From assembly GCA_002502365.1 (NCBI GenBank), contig DAOJ01000065.1, positions 7,547-71,546 of the forward strand: DNA of 64,000 nucleotides, in the 5' to 3' direction. The stretch is from Euryarchaeota archaeon UBA106. GTDB taxonomy: Archaea; Thermoplasmatota; Poseidoniia; Poseidoniales; Thalassarchaeaceae. Made by a program: the position numbers and the translations under genes. This document shows, one piece after another, positions 40,728-51,095 of the stretch (the stretch's first letter is position 1; each line of letters starts with the position of its first letter). The notes under the pieces are model-generated. The model saw only the letters and a list, made by a program, of their open reading frames with translations, had not been told where the DNA came from and made no database searches.

Positions 40728-41891
40728 ATGAGACTGGGTATATTGAAGGAACCAGAAGAAGAAACTAGGGTTGCAATCGTACCTAATTCGGTTCCAAAAT
40801 TAAAGAAATTAGGTTTTGAGGTTCTAATCGAATCTGGAGCCGGCATTTCAGCCCATCATTTGGATGCCGAGTACGAGTCAAAGGGAGCCTCGATCGTGGG
40901 CCGCGATGATGCGATGGCCTGCGAGATGTTGATTTGCATCGGAGCGCCTGATTTTTCTGCTCTTTCGGAGGGTCAAATGGTCGCATGTGTGTCTGATCCA
41001 TTCCGTCATCCTGAGCGGGTCAGGCAAGCCATGGATGCCAAGGTCACCCTGATGAGTATGGACATGATTCCTCGCCGCCTCTCTCGTGCTCAAGCGATGG
41101 ATGTGAACTCAAGCCAAGACAATCTAGCTGGTTACAAAGCAGTATTGATGGGTGCTGCACAAGTTCCCAAGGGAATTCCCATGATGACCACCTCAGCCGG
41201 CACTGTTCGTCCAGCCAAGTTCGTGATTATGGGCAGTGGTGTGGCGGGTTTGCAAGCCATCGCCACAGCCAAGCGTTTGGGTGCGATTGTCTATGCTTCT
41301 GACGTTAGAAAGTCAACTGCTGAGCAGATTCAATCCGTTGGTGGCCGATTTATTGAGGTCGAAGGAATGGATGATTTCGAAGATGATTCTGGATATGCCA
41401 AACCTCTCACTCCTGAGTTTATTCAGAAGGTAAACGATACAGTTTGCGAAGTTGCTGCAGATGCTGATGTTGTCGTCACGACAGCACGAATCTTCGGACG
41501 CCCTGCGCCGATTACGGTCCCCGCTTCAGCGGTTGCCAATTTCAAACCAGGATCAGTAGTTGTCGATATGAATGCGGATGTTGGGGGCAATTGTGAACTA
41601 ACTTCAGCGGGTGAAATTATTACGACAGATAATGGCGTGACCATCGTTGGGACCACCAATCTCCCTGGTCAATTGGCATCGACTGCAAGCATGTTGTATT
41701 CTAACAATTTGACAACCTTTGTCGCATCTCTTGTCAAGGATGGTGAAATTGTAATTGATCCAGAAGATGATATCTTGTTTGGAGCTCCAGAAGGCAGTGA
41801 TTTCTATGTCTCAGGTATGGGGGGTGTGCTGGTTTGCATGGATGGGAAAATCCATGCTAAGCAAACCCGATTGTCCGAGGTGGTTGGATGA
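40728..41891 (+). CDS. pntAA: NAD(P) transhydrogenase alpha subunit, part 1
   Basis: ETRVAIVP, RAQAMD, GSGVAGLQAIATAKRLGA, GGNCELT. Confidence 0.95.
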   Translation: MRLGILKEPEEETRVAIVPNSVPKLKKLGFEVLIESGAGISAHHLDAEYESKGASIVGRDDAMACEMLICIGAPDFSALSEGQMVACVSDPFRHPERVRQAMDAKVTLMSMDMIPRRLSRAQAMDVNSSQDNLAGYKAVLMGAAQVPKGIPMMTTSAGTVRPAKFVIMGSGVAGLQAIATAKRLGAIVYASDVRKSTAEQIQSVGGRFIEVEGMDDFEDDSGYAKPLTPEFIQKVNDTVCEVAADADVVVTTARIFGRPAPITVPASAVANFKPGSVVVDMNADVGGNCELTSAGEIITTDNGVTIVGTTNLPGQLASTASMLYSNNLTTFVASLVKDGEIVIDPEDDILFGAPEGSDFYVSGMGGVLVCMDGKIHAKQTRLSEVVG

Positions 41892-42211
41892 GTTTGACAC
41901 TTGCAGCATTGATTGGGAGCATTACGGTTTTTGTTTTGGCAATTTTCCTCGGGTTTGAATTGATAAGTAAGGTCCCCCCAACTCTACATACTCCGTTGAT
42001 GTCCGGAGCAAACGCGATTTCTGGGATTACCATTGTTGGTGCTCTGATTCTATTGAACAATAACAGCTGGAACGACGGTGACCCCGGTATTGCCGCTTGG
42101 TTGGCATTCGCAGCTCTGGTTATGGCGACCATCAACGTCGTCGGCGGATTCATGGTTACCAACAGAATGTTGGAGATGATTGCTGGAAAGAAAAAGAGAG
42201 GGGGTGACTGA
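41888..42211 (+). CDS. pntAB: NAD(P) transhydrogenase alpha subunit, part 2
   Basis: VPPTLHTPLMSGANAISG, INVVGGFMVTNRML. Confidence 0.95.
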   Translation: MSLTLAALIGSITVFVLAIFLGFELISKVPPTLHTPLMSGANAISGITIVGALILLNNNSWNDGDPGIAAWLAFAALVMATINVVGGFMVTNRMLEMIAGKKKRGGD

Positions 42212-42212
42212 A

Positions 42213-43658
42213 ATGGTAGATTCTGTTGTATGGGATATCGGATATTTGGTATCCGCTGCACTCTTTATCCTTGGAATAAAGAGGTTGTCTAGCCCGCGAA
42301 CGGCGCCACAAGGAAACCGCTTGGGAGCATACGGGATGATGCTAGCCGTGTTGGTTACGATGGCCAAATTGTATTCCGATGGCTTGATTGGTCTAGAATT
42401 GATTGTCGCCGGGCTCATTATTGGAACCATCATAGGCGCTTGGCTCGCCATCCGTGTAGAAATGACAGGGATGCCCGAACTGGTTGCCTTGTTCAATGGA
42501 TTTGGCGGTGGTGCATCCGCTTTAGTTGGATTCTCCGAAGTATTGGATCGCTTGAATAAAGGCAATGTTCCAGATGCAGGCGTTGAACTCTATGCAACTT
42601 GGATAGCTATCGGTCTTTCCGGTCTCGTCGGTTGGCTCACTTTGACTGGTAGCCTCATGGCCATGGGCAAGTTAATGGGTGGATTCTACATTCCTTTCAC
42701 AAAGAAGGATGATCGCGGTCGGCGAAAGTGGGTCAGTTTCCCAACTTGGGGTCCACCTTGGTTGAATTTTGTCAAAGGAATTCTACTGATTGCATCTTTG
42801 GCTTTGATAGCCCTAACAATTGATAATCCTACTGAAAAGGAATACGTGTATTACTTGGTCGGTACCTCATCACTGCTTGGTGTTCTATTTGTTTTACCAA
42901 TCGGAGGAGCTGATATGCCTGTCGTGGTCAGTCTTCTCAACTCAATGTCTGGGATTGCAGCGGCCTTCACAGGCTTCGTTATCGGCAACAATGTGCTAAT
43001 TATTGCCGGTTCGATGGTTGGTGCTGCGGGTCTCATTTTGACTTTCATCATGTGCAAGGCGATGAACCGAACTCTTTCCGCGGTTCTGTTCAAATCCTTC
43101 GGTGGTGGTGGTAAAGAAACCGTCACGAGGACTAAGGTTGGTAGCGATCCAGAAGAAGTCGCTATGGTATGTGATGGTATCAGTAAGTGCGTAATTATTC
43201 CAGGTTATGGTATGGCGGTCAGTCAAGCGCAACACGCAGTCAAGGAATTTGCAGATTTGCTTGAAGCAGAAGGGGTTGAGGTCAGTTATGGAATTCATCC
43301 GGTTGCTGGTCGAATGCCGGGTCACATGAACGTCCTTCTGGCTGAAGCTAACGTTCCTTATGAGCAGCTCATTGAGATGGACGAAATAAACTCTGAACTA
43401 CCGGAATGCGACGTTGCTCTCGTGATTGGTGCTAATGACACGGTTAACCCCGTTGCACGGAGTGGTGAAGGTCCCCTAGGTGGCATGCCAATCATCGATG
43501 CCGATAAGGCACGAGTGGTGGTTATCATCAAGCGCAGCTTATCCGTTGGATACGCAGGAGTCGACAATGACTTGTTCTATGATGACAAGACAATGATGCT
43601 CTTTGGTGATGGTAAGAAGATGATGAATGAACTCAACGCGGCGGTAAAAGAATTGTAG
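42213..43658 (+). CDS. pntB: NAD(P) transhydrogenase beta subunit
   Basis: IGGADMPVVVSLLNS, HPVAGRMPGHMNVLLAEA, GANDTVNP. Confidence 0.97.
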   Translation: MVDSVVWDIGYLVSAALFILGIKRLSSPRTAPQGNRLGAYGMMLAVLVTMAKLYSDGLIGLELIVAGLIIGTIIGAWLAIRVEMTGMPELVALFNGFGGGASALVGFSEVLDRLNKGNVPDAGVELYATWIAIGLSGLVGWLTLTGSLMAMGKLMGGFYIPFTKKDDRGRRKWVSFPTWGPPWLNFVKGILLIASLALIALTIDNPTEKEYVYYLVGTSSLLGVLFVLPIGGADMPVVVSLLNSMSGIAAAFTGFVIGNNVLIIAGSMVGAAGLILTFIMCKAMNRTLSAVLFKSFGGGGKETVTRTKVGSDPEEVAMVCDGISKCVIIPGYGMAVSQAQHAVKEFADLLEAEGVEVSYGIHPVAGRMPGHMNVLLAEANVPYEQLIEMDEINSELPECDVALVIGANDTVNPVARSGEGPLGGMPIIDADKARVVVIIKRSLSVGYAGVDNDLFYDDKTMMLFGDGKKMMNELNAAVKEL

Positions 43659-43665
43659 TAAGCAA

Positions 43666-43684
43666 CGCCTCCCAAGGGGAGGCG
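43666..43684 (+). terminator. GC-rich hairpin just after pntB
   Basis: CGCCTCCC-AAG-GGGAGGCG perfect 8-bp stem 7 nt after the stop; no U-tract. Confidence 0.5.
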
Positions 43685-43739
43685 AACAAGCAATGGTTAT
43701 GTGTTTGAATCGGTCGCAATAAATCAAGAGGTGGCGCTA

Positions 43740-44729
43740 ATGGGTCGGTCTACGAGGTTCATCATCGCGATTTTTGTAGTTGGCCTATTAGCAATCCCCG
43801 CATTTGCGAATAGCGGAGGTCCACCATACCTGAACTCCGATAATCAAGAGACGGCAAAATACGGTTGTACTTGTCACTATTCTAGCCCTGGGGATAGAGC
43901 TGTAGTCATGATCTCCGGAGTGCCGGTTATGTACGAATTAGGTCAATCGTATGATTTTGTAGTCACGGTTGCAGATTCCGCCACACTAGCTGGTGCTGAT
44001 GGAAATACGAAAGCAGGTTTCCTAATGACAGATAATGGGGCTGGAATGTTTTCTTGGGATGATTCTCAAGACATTAGAGAAGCAGATGGAGATCCCAATG
44101 CGATTTCTCACTCCGCAACTGGTGAAGGCGTATGGGCAATTAGTTGGATGGCTCCATCTGAAGATTCTGGAACAATCCTCTTCAGTATAGCAGGGAATTC
44201 TGTTAATGGCGATGGAGCCCCAAATGAATACGATTACTGGAACATCCTAACTTTTTCAATAAATGCTCCCGGGTCTGTTACCGAAGGAGACAGTGAGGCC
44301 ACTCTGCAAACTAGGACTATAGCAGTCGGTGATTATCAAACATTATTCGTGATTGAAGAAAGCGAATCTGAGAAAGAAAAAGAAAGACAAAGACATCTTT
44401 CAGATGCAGTTTTTGAAAGTGGGAATTTATTCTACTGGACCTCTTTAACCGCCTTAATCGTAGGAGCAGTCTTACAAAGGGAAATCTTGGAAAGACGTCA
44501 CAACACCGGTCCCGAATATTTAGCCATGGAATTAGCATATCCTCAAGGAATTAGGCGCGGATTTATTTCCCTAGTGGCATTCTTCCTAGCAATAACTTGG
44601 ACTGCAGATGGGGGGCAACATGATTTCATAATCGGATGTACTTGGTTCATCGGATTTTGGGCAATGTACGGTGTTTACAGAACCGTACGTTCCGCAAAAA
44701 CTGAACCTACCGTCCATGACGTGATGTGA
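43740..44729 (+). CDS. Secreted Reeler-like domain protein with CxCH motif and C-terminal TM helices
   Basis: Signal peptide, YGCTCH, WMAP, AGNSVNGDG; three C-terminal TMs. Confidence 0.65.
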   Translation: MGRSTRFIIAIFVVGLLAIPAFANSGGPPYLNSDNQETAKYGCTCHYSSPGDRAVVMISGVPVMYELGQSYDFVVTVADSATLAGADGNTKAGFLMTDNGAGMFSWDDSQDIREADGDPNAISHSATGEGVWAISWMAPSEDSGTILFSIAGNSVNGDGAPNEYDYWNILTFSINAPGSVTEGDSEATLQTRTIAVGDYQTLFVIEESESEKEKERQRHLSDAVFESGNLFYWTSLTALIVGAVLQREILERRHNTGPEYLAMELAYPQGIRRGFISLVAFFLAITWTADGGQHDFIIGCTWFIGFWAMYGVYRTVRSAKTEPTVHDVM

Positions 44730-44730
44730 G

Positions 44731-45846
44731 ATGGACCAATCTAATCTTGTAAATTTTGAGTCATCAGTCCCTAAACACTTTTCAGAACTTCATACACTTT
44801 TTCGTACAACAGCGTTTGTGTTCTTACTTTCAACGATAATTTCTTCAATTTGGCTTGAAACCATAGTTTTAGATTGGGTAATCTCCCAATCATCTTCTAG
44901 TGAAATATCAGTCTACGGTCCATATGACTGGGTCGAAATGAGATTACTATCAATTATCATATTATCATCTCTAATCACACTGCCATTTTTCTCAATCGGT
45001 TTCCGTTCTTTCGCCATTCAGGGTCTGCTTCCAAAAGAAAGGCTTTGGTTAGATCTGTACCTGTTACTCAATGCTCTATTGCTTCCAATTATTTTGTATT
45101 GGGTTTGGTTTATATTGATCCCAAATTATACAGAAACCAGTTTACAATTGGATTCTATATCTGGAGTAAATCCACGATATGATGCCTCTGAAATTTTTTC
45201 TTTTGCATCTGGAATCTCATGGGTATTAATTTTAACATTCAGCTCAACTTTATTCCTTTCTATATCTCGATTATTTGGACTAGTAGAAGAAGGAAGGAGC
45301 CGATTTCGAAATAGAATTTTAGCTATTACAGGTGGATTGCTAATTTTGACTTTACCTGAACCGTTTGAAGGTCTACGAATATTGATTGCGATAGTGGTTG
45401 TTGCTATAGTTGAATATATTTCTCGAACAGTTCCTAATGGCCCATTGGGGCTCCGAAATCCAATTTTTCCAGAAATCGTAAACAAAGATGGCTTCAGAAC
45501 AAAAGTTCTCTTGATGAATTGTTCTTGTGAAGGCGCTTGCCCATCTTTTGACAAATCCTGGATTAACCAAGATATTTCCGTTTTGCATGCTAACGCCCTG
45601 TGTTTGGATGACACAGAGCAACTCGCACTGAGGGATTTGATTTCTCGTAATTCAATAACTCAATTGACTATCTCAGGCTGTAATGGTTCGCCATTGCCCT
45701 TGGATTTACGAAATTTTCTTACCACTCATAACACTTCTTTAGATGGACTGAATTGGTTAGATCAACTAAATGTAGATAACATAAATTGGAGGAAAACTTC
45801 CCTACAAGCATATTCCTCACAATTCAATCAGGTAGACTCGAGATAA
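44731..45846 (+). CDS. Divergent TatC-like protein with Cys-rich C-terminal domain
   Basis: HFSELH, GLLPKE, about 6 TMs; tail NCSCEGAC..LC..SGC. Confidence 0.6.
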   Translation: MDQSNLVNFESSVPKHFSELHTLFRTTAFVFLLSTIISSIWLETIVLDWVISQSSSSEISVYGPYDWVEMRLLSIIILSSLITLPFFSIGFRSFAIQGLLPKERLWLDLYLLLNALLLPIILYWVWFILIPNYTETSLQLDSISGVNPRYDASEIFSFASGISWVLILTFSSTLFLSISRLFGLVEEGRSRFRNRILAITGGLLILTLPEPFEGLRILIAIVVVAIVEYISRTVPNGPLGLRNPIFPEIVNKDGFRTKVLLMNCSCEGACPSFDKSWINQDISVLHANALCLDDTEQLALRDLISRNSITQLTISGCNGSPLPLDLRNFLTTHNTSLDGLNWLDQLNVDNINWRKTSLQAYSSQFNQVDSR

Positions 45847-45916
45847 CTGTATATTAGACTAAATCATAGTTCAATTATCCGTTCCCTTCAAGGTAGCGAT
45901 GTGGCTCGGTTTCAAT

Positions 45917-47923
45917 ATGAGGGCACTCCAGTCTACTTTAGCCGGATTACTCCTCTTAAGTGCCCTCTTTGTCAACCTTAATTCCGAATTGGTAGATAAT
46001 TGGGCTGAAAACAGGTCTGAATCAGAAGATTCGAAACTTACTCTTTTAGGCGTTCAAAATGAAGAAAATTGGTTGGTACTGCAAGTAGAATTCCCTGGCA
46101 ATTCTTTCCCTGAATCTATAGTTATTGATTCATTGATAGGGGACAATTCAGCAGAAGAATACATTGAGCAAATGACTGCCGGTGAATCAACGCTTTCTGT
46201 TACACTTTTCGATGAAGTTTGGCAATCTCCCTACGATGTAAAGAAATGGGGTGAAGATGTTGGTAGTGAGCGAGATTACGGTTCAGACGGCAATGGGGCT
46301 GAAGATCTCCTAAGAACAGTTGCCAATGAACAATTGGAAGGATATGATTTATCTGACTGGGACTTAAACAACGATGGAGTAATTGACCGAATACTGATTC
46401 TTCATTCAGCGCAGCCTCAGGAAATTAACGGTGGTGCAGATTCCCTATGGAGTCATTTTACAGGCATGCAAGAACCACTAACAATTGATAAATGGACCAT
46501 CGAGCATTTCACCATAGCATCAGCCTATTCCGGAGTTGGTACAATTGTTCATGAAATGCTTCACCAAATGGGTGCTTACGACTTATATGATGTACACAGT
46601 GATATTCCAACCAGTAATTGGAACGGCATTGGTGACTGGGGAATAATGGCGAGCGGAAATTGGAATGGCAACGGTGCAGTACCTTCCCTTCCATCATCTT
46701 CAACTCTCGATCTGATAGGTGTTAATAGAGGAGTTCTCGTTACTCCGCTAATTTCCGATTATTCAATTACAGGGATTTCTGAGGGGGGCTCCTACCTAGA
46801 AATACCCATTGCACCTAATGAATGGGTACGGTTTACATTACGTGTCGATTCAGGATTTGATTCAGCCCTCCCTGGTCACGGCGTAATCGTCGAAATTCAA
46901 GATAAAAATAATGGAGATCCTAATCGAAATCTTGTGAATACTGACCCTGATAAGGCGTGGTTAAAAATCATTGAAGCCGACGGAAATGCAGCCTTGGAAA
47001 GAGGAAGGAATAGCGGAGAATCTACTGATACTTTCTCGGAGGGTGATCAGTTGGGGGCAAATGGGATGCAAATACGCGATAGTCGCGGCCGGCTAGTACA
47101 ATGGACTGCCACAATTACAAATCTAGATTCCAATGAGGCTGTAATTACTTTCACTTTCCCAGAAAATCTCTCTACAGTTGAAGTTCTACCTCCAAGAGGT
47201 CCTATAGAAATTCTTGGACAAGAATCTGTTTTCGCAACCGTAATCTCAGACAAAGCTTGTCAGTTAACGATTGATATTTCCACCACAACTAATGCAGCTG
47301 AGTCCTCTCCAAGAGTCATTTCAATAGATCAAGGAGAATCAATCATAGAACTCGCAACTGCTAATCAAATTAGTCAAGGGTCAGGCTACCTCAGGGGTTC
47401 AGTCGGGTGTGAGGGGGATGAACCTTGGCTCATTGACCTCGATTGGTTTTCAGTCGGACATAGAATTACCTCAGAGCACCTTTCAGCAATTATTCCATGG
47501 GATAAGGATTCACAACTGAGCCTTGCAACCAAATGCACTGGCGAAGAATCTAGAACCTATTCTATAGCCGTTGAAGGTGCCCTTTCAAGAATTGCTGTAG
47601 CAGAAAATGGGGGTGAGTTAGAAGCCTGCCCTACCGCGGTTTTAGCAATTTCACCTGATGGCTTATTGACTCCTGGAATGACTGCTGAAGGAGAAATCGT
47701 CTTCGTCGATCCATTTGGCTTAGAGACAAGAGTTCCAGTAACACTTACCGCCCAATCTTCCTTCAATGGGGACAGTCCACTAGCTTGGTTAGTCCAACCA
47801 AGTAACGCAATATCGGTTATTTTCGTCTTATTAGCGATATCATTGATTTCGAGTTCTAACTCGAAACCTAATGGTGGAAATTTTTCAACAGAGCAAGAAG
47901 ATAATGACTCACAATTAGATTGA
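45917..47923 (+). CDS. M6 (immune inhibitor A-like) metalloprotease, membrane-anchored
   Basis: DGVIDRILILHS, HEMLHQMGAYDLY, WGIMASG; C-terminal TM. Confidence 0.9.
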   Translation: MRALQSTLAGLLLLSALFVNLNSELVDNWAENRSESEDSKLTLLGVQNEENWLVLQVEFPGNSFPESIVIDSLIGDNSAEEYIEQMTAGESTLSVTLFDEVWQSPYDVKKWGEDVGSERDYGSDGNGAEDLLRTVANEQLEGYDLSDWDLNNDGVIDRILILHSAQPQEINGGADSLWSHFTGMQEPLTIDKWTIEHFTIASAYSGVGTIVHEMLHQMGAYDLYDVHSDIPTSNWNGIGDWGIMASGNWNGNGAVPSLPSSSTLDLIGVNRGVLVTPLISDYSITGISEGGSYLEIPIAPNEWVRFTLRVDSGFDSALPGHGVIVEIQDKNNGDPNRNLVNTDPDKAWLKIIEADGNAALERGRNSGESTDTFSEGDQLGANGMQIRDSRGRLVQWTATITNLDSNEAVITFTFPENLSTVEVLPPRGPIEILGQESVFATVISDKACQLTIDISTTTNAAESSPRVISIDQGESIIELATANQISQGSGYLRGSVGCEGDEPWLIDLDWFSVGHRITSEHLSAIIPWDKDSQLSLATKCTGEESRTYSIAVEGALSRIAVAENGGELEACPTAVLAISPDGLLTPGMTAEGEIVFVDPFGLETRVPVTLTAQSSFNGDSPLAWLVQPSNAISVIFVLLAISLISSSNSKPNGGNFSTEQEDNDSQLD

Positions 47924-48000
47924 TTTACACTTTAACTAATATCGCATAATACCCCAGTCCCTTTAGTTCATTGATAGGTCGTTTATTCAGACATTTATTC

Positions 48001-48822
48001 ATGGTGGAAACTACAGGTGTTTCTTGGGGAGATTGTTCGATAGACCTCTCATTCCCTAAGCCAAGGTTGTCGTCCGTTCTTCTCATTGATCAGAACACTC
48101 AGGATTTTCAGAGTGTATTGTTGAGAATGGTTGCCAATGAATTAGAATCATCTAGACCTGTACACTGGATAGATGGAGGTATGTCATTCGATCCATCTCC
48201 ACTCCTTCCTCTGTTACGAATGCGTAATTGTGACACTCTAAATCCTCTGAGAAGTTTTCACATATCTCGAGGATTTACAGCACATCAAACAGTATCTATC
48301 GTAAAGAGGTTGGCTGATGAGGCTAAATTAAGTCCTCCTCCTGATCGAATAATTAACGGTCGGCTAATTATTATTTCAGAAGTATCAAGGATGTTCATGG
48401 ACTCACAACTTAAGAAACCAGAAGGTCGCTCTTTGTTAACGGAAACACTTGAGCGTTGCAGGGCCTTGAGTAAGGATTCCGAGTCCTTAGTGATAATCAC
48501 TTCAAGTCGTAATTCATCACCACCTCTTAGTAAGGACATGCGTCATATTTTGAAACGATTTTCAGATGACACTCTGAGAATCAGCAATCTTTTATCTAAA
48601 AACCGTGATAGAAGTTTTGTTAGGAAAAAACTGCATTTACTCTCCATTGATAAGGAGGTTATTTGGGCAAATTTACCAGTAGGTCAAACTTCACTTCTAG
48701 AGTTTCGTCATAACCAAGAATCTAGGCTAGATTGTCTCATCGAACCGTTAGCCAGAAGCTCTTCACTCCAACCAAATGGAGAAAGGATAGCTGTCGCTGC
48801 TCGAACTGCCAATCGTGTATAG
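48001..48822 (+). CDS. Inactive RadA/RecA-like protein (PolB2-associated)
   Basis: VHWIDGGMSFDP and ISRGFTAHQ resemble the RadA core; no Walker A GKT. Confidence 0.65.
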   Translation: MVETTGVSWGDCSIDLSFPKPRLSSVLLIDQNTQDFQSVLLRMVANELESSRPVHWIDGGMSFDPSPLLPLLRMRNCDTLNPLRSFHISRGFTAHQTVSIVKRLADEAKLSPPPDRIINGRLIIISEVSRMFMDSQLKKPEGRSLLTETLERCRALSKDSESLVIITSSRNSSPPLSKDMRHILKRFSDDTLRISNLLSKNRDRSFVRKKLHLLSIDKEVIWANLPVGQTSLLEFRHNQESRLDCLIEPLARSSSLQPNGERIAVAARTANRV

Positions 48823-51095
48823 AATTCTGTATCTCCTTTCTCCTCTGAAATTGAATCTGTCGAAAATTCTATTTCTGATTTCAATCTGACTCTATCTACA
48901 GGATTCTTCCTATTCCATCCTGTTACAGCAAAGTGTATTTTTCTTCCTGGAGGTGTGATTTGATTCAATTCCTTAGAACGTAGAAGAGCGCCTGCTGTTA
49001 GATTCATAACACGATGATTTCCAGCTTCATATCTTACTCTTCTAGCTACAATTAATTGCTCCAGTGGAATTTCTCCACGCTTCATAAGAGAAATTTCAGT
49101 CACAAGTCTTTGTGCAGCTATTTCGGGACCAATTCCAAATGGATCATTTGCTAAGTCCTCTAACATATTCTCCTGTAATTTCCTAATCCAATAACAGGTT
49201 GAATGTTGACGCAATTCTATACCTCTGACCTTCCATTCATCACCTATCTTTGCATAATACTTAGTCAGGGCACCTACGCCTGTAGTTCTGTTCGGAATAA
49301 AAGCAATCCAGTCATATTCGTATTCCAATTCTAGTGGTATTCCAATTAATACTTCAATTCTTTCAATCAAGCGTTGGTATGATTTGCGCTTTTCTTCTTG
49401 ACTTCTATCCTCACGGTCTTTAATCCAAATAGCATCAACTATCGCGTGTATACAATCCCACCCTTCCTTATTTGCTTCTTCAATTGTGGTTAGGAGAATT
49501 TCACGAGACCAAGCGCAAATTGCTTCGTGACATTCGATACGACCAAATCGGGCATTCCGATAACCAGTATATCCAAAACAGGTAACTAAAATCCACTTGA
49601 GAACGTTTTGCCTTCTGTCCCATGAATCTCCTTTTTTTCTTCTTCTTGCTTTCAGAGAATTTCTTCTTTCGATTATAGGTGCTACGACCCTTCCAAGGAA
49701 TCCATGCTTACGAGTGCAAACATGTAATCCAAGTTCGGGAGCAATTAATTTTCTATGTTCGTCATTTTTTATTCTTTTTTGAATTTCATAAGAGGCAGCT
49801 AAAACATCCAGTGGTAATCTCCCATCTTTCATCTCGTAATTTCCAATTTTTGGATTACAGCATGAGCAATTCATAGTTTCAGGACTTATGTTTCTAGTGG
49901 CAATAATACTAGGGAATAAACTTGCAAAATCAAGTTCTATTGCTCCTTCATGAACTCCAACAATTGGGTCGAGATACAATCCCCCTCTGTCTGCTAAAAT
50001 TAATTCATCAGCATTTTTCAAATCCTCAGGTCTGTTCTTTTTCCAAGGAATTAGGACACCATCTTCCATTGATTGTCTTATTTGCATGGCTGATATCGCG
50101 GAACCAGGAGAGAGTCTAGACAAATCGGCGGCAGGCAAACCGGAAGTTCTTGCTAATTCCATTATCCCTTCTATACCTCCTTCCTTACCTATGAAGGAAC
50201 GCTTCATGTCTATGTGTAATCTACCTTCTAGGGGATGGTACGCTTCTTTTCTCATAAGGCGTCCATAACTCCAATCTACTCTTTCTTTTGTTCGTGGACT
50301 ACTGTCGCTTCCGTTCCTACTAATGTCGAGATTCATTTCAGATTTTTGAGCTAGACGAATCAAAGCGGGAATATCTACACTGTCTCCATCATAGGTTATT
50401 ACGATATCAGGGTCAATTTCTTTCATTTTTTTTTGAAAATCATTCAACATATGTGCTGAACATGTATATGCTTCTGAAATTAAATTGTAACTGATTTGTT
50501 TTTCAGAATTTATAATTCCTCTATCCAATATTTTGATGCTTGAAATCGGTGCGTCAAATTTCCTTTTTCCATTTGTATCGTAACAATTAACTCTAATCTC
50601 TACTATTCGTAAAGGTGGAAATTCCCAATCTACTTTGTTTCTCGTATCTAAAGGAATTATTCGTTTGCCACAAATCCGTACTCTTCCAAATGGATGTGTT
50701 TTGAGATCTAACAAAAACCTCTGGGAAATCTTTGGGTCCACAGAAAAAATTTCAAAATTTTTCCAAGAACCATTTGCATCAATAATTTCAGCGATTTTTA
50801 CAATCTTCGATATTTTTTGCAATTTAACTGCCAAAACCTCAACTTTTCTCTCTGATTCATGAGATGTACGATGTTTTTCCAATTTTAATGAAATTGGACC
50901 AAATGGCCTTTGGTATTCCGGTCTTGAAAGAGCCCCAGCTAATTCTCTAAGTCTGTGTGGTTCCCCTTTAACGTATATTGTGAAGAACCATGGGGTCATG
51001 ATATGTCTAATTTCTCCGTCATCCATTTTTATCCAAAGGCACATGCATTCACTTTTGTTATCTAAATGACAGTCGATTATCCATCCCTCATTCAT
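48708..51095 (-). CDS. Family B DNA polymerase, PolB2 group
   Basis: LDFASLFPSII..NISPET, KWILVTCFGY.GY, degenerate motif C HAIVDAIW, VRGIELRQH; C-terminal PIP-like QSSLDSW. Confidence 0.9.
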   Translation of the reverse strand: MNEGWIIDCHLDNKSECMCLWIKMDDGEIRHIMTPWFFTIYVKGEPHRLRELAGALSRPEYQRPFGPISLKLEKHRTSHESERKVEVLAVKLQKISKIVKIAEIIDANGSWKNFEIFSVDPKISQRFLLDLKTHPFGRVRICGKRIIPLDTRNKVDWEFPPLRIVEIRVNCYDTNGKRKFDAPISSIKILDRGIINSEKQISYNLISEAYTCSAHMLNDFQKKMKEIDPDIVITYDGDSVDIPALIRLAQKSEMNLDISRNGSDSSPRTKERVDWSYGRLMRKEAYHPLEGRLHIDMKRSFIGKEGGIEGIMELARTSGLPAADLSRLSPGSAISAMQIRQSMEDGVLIPWKKNRPEDLKNADELILADRGGLYLDPIVGVHEGAIELDFASLFPSIIATRNISPETMNCSCCNPKIGNYEMKDGRLPLDVLAASYEIQKRIKNDEHRKLIAPELGLHVCTRKHGFLGRVVAPIIERRNSLKARRRKKGDSWDRRQNVLKWILVTCFGYTGYRNARFGRIECHEAICAWSREILLTTIEEANKEGWDCIHAIVDAIWIKDREDRSQEEKRKSYQRLIERIEVLIGIPLELEYEYDWIAFIPNRTTGVGALTKYYAKIGDEWKVRGIELRQHSTCYWIRKLQENMLEDLANDPFGIGPEIAAQRLVTEISLMKRGEIPLEQLIVARRVRYEAGNHRVMNLTAGALLRSKELNQITPPGRKIHFAVTGWNRKNPVDRVRLKSEIEFSTDSISEEKGDTEFYTRLAVRAATAILSPFGWSEELLANGSMRQSSLDSWL

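Noticed and set aside
48708-51095. PolB as a marker of a casposon or provirus
   Set aside because: The motifs are PolB2-type and cellular; no Cas1, terminal inverted repeats or capsid genes nearby.
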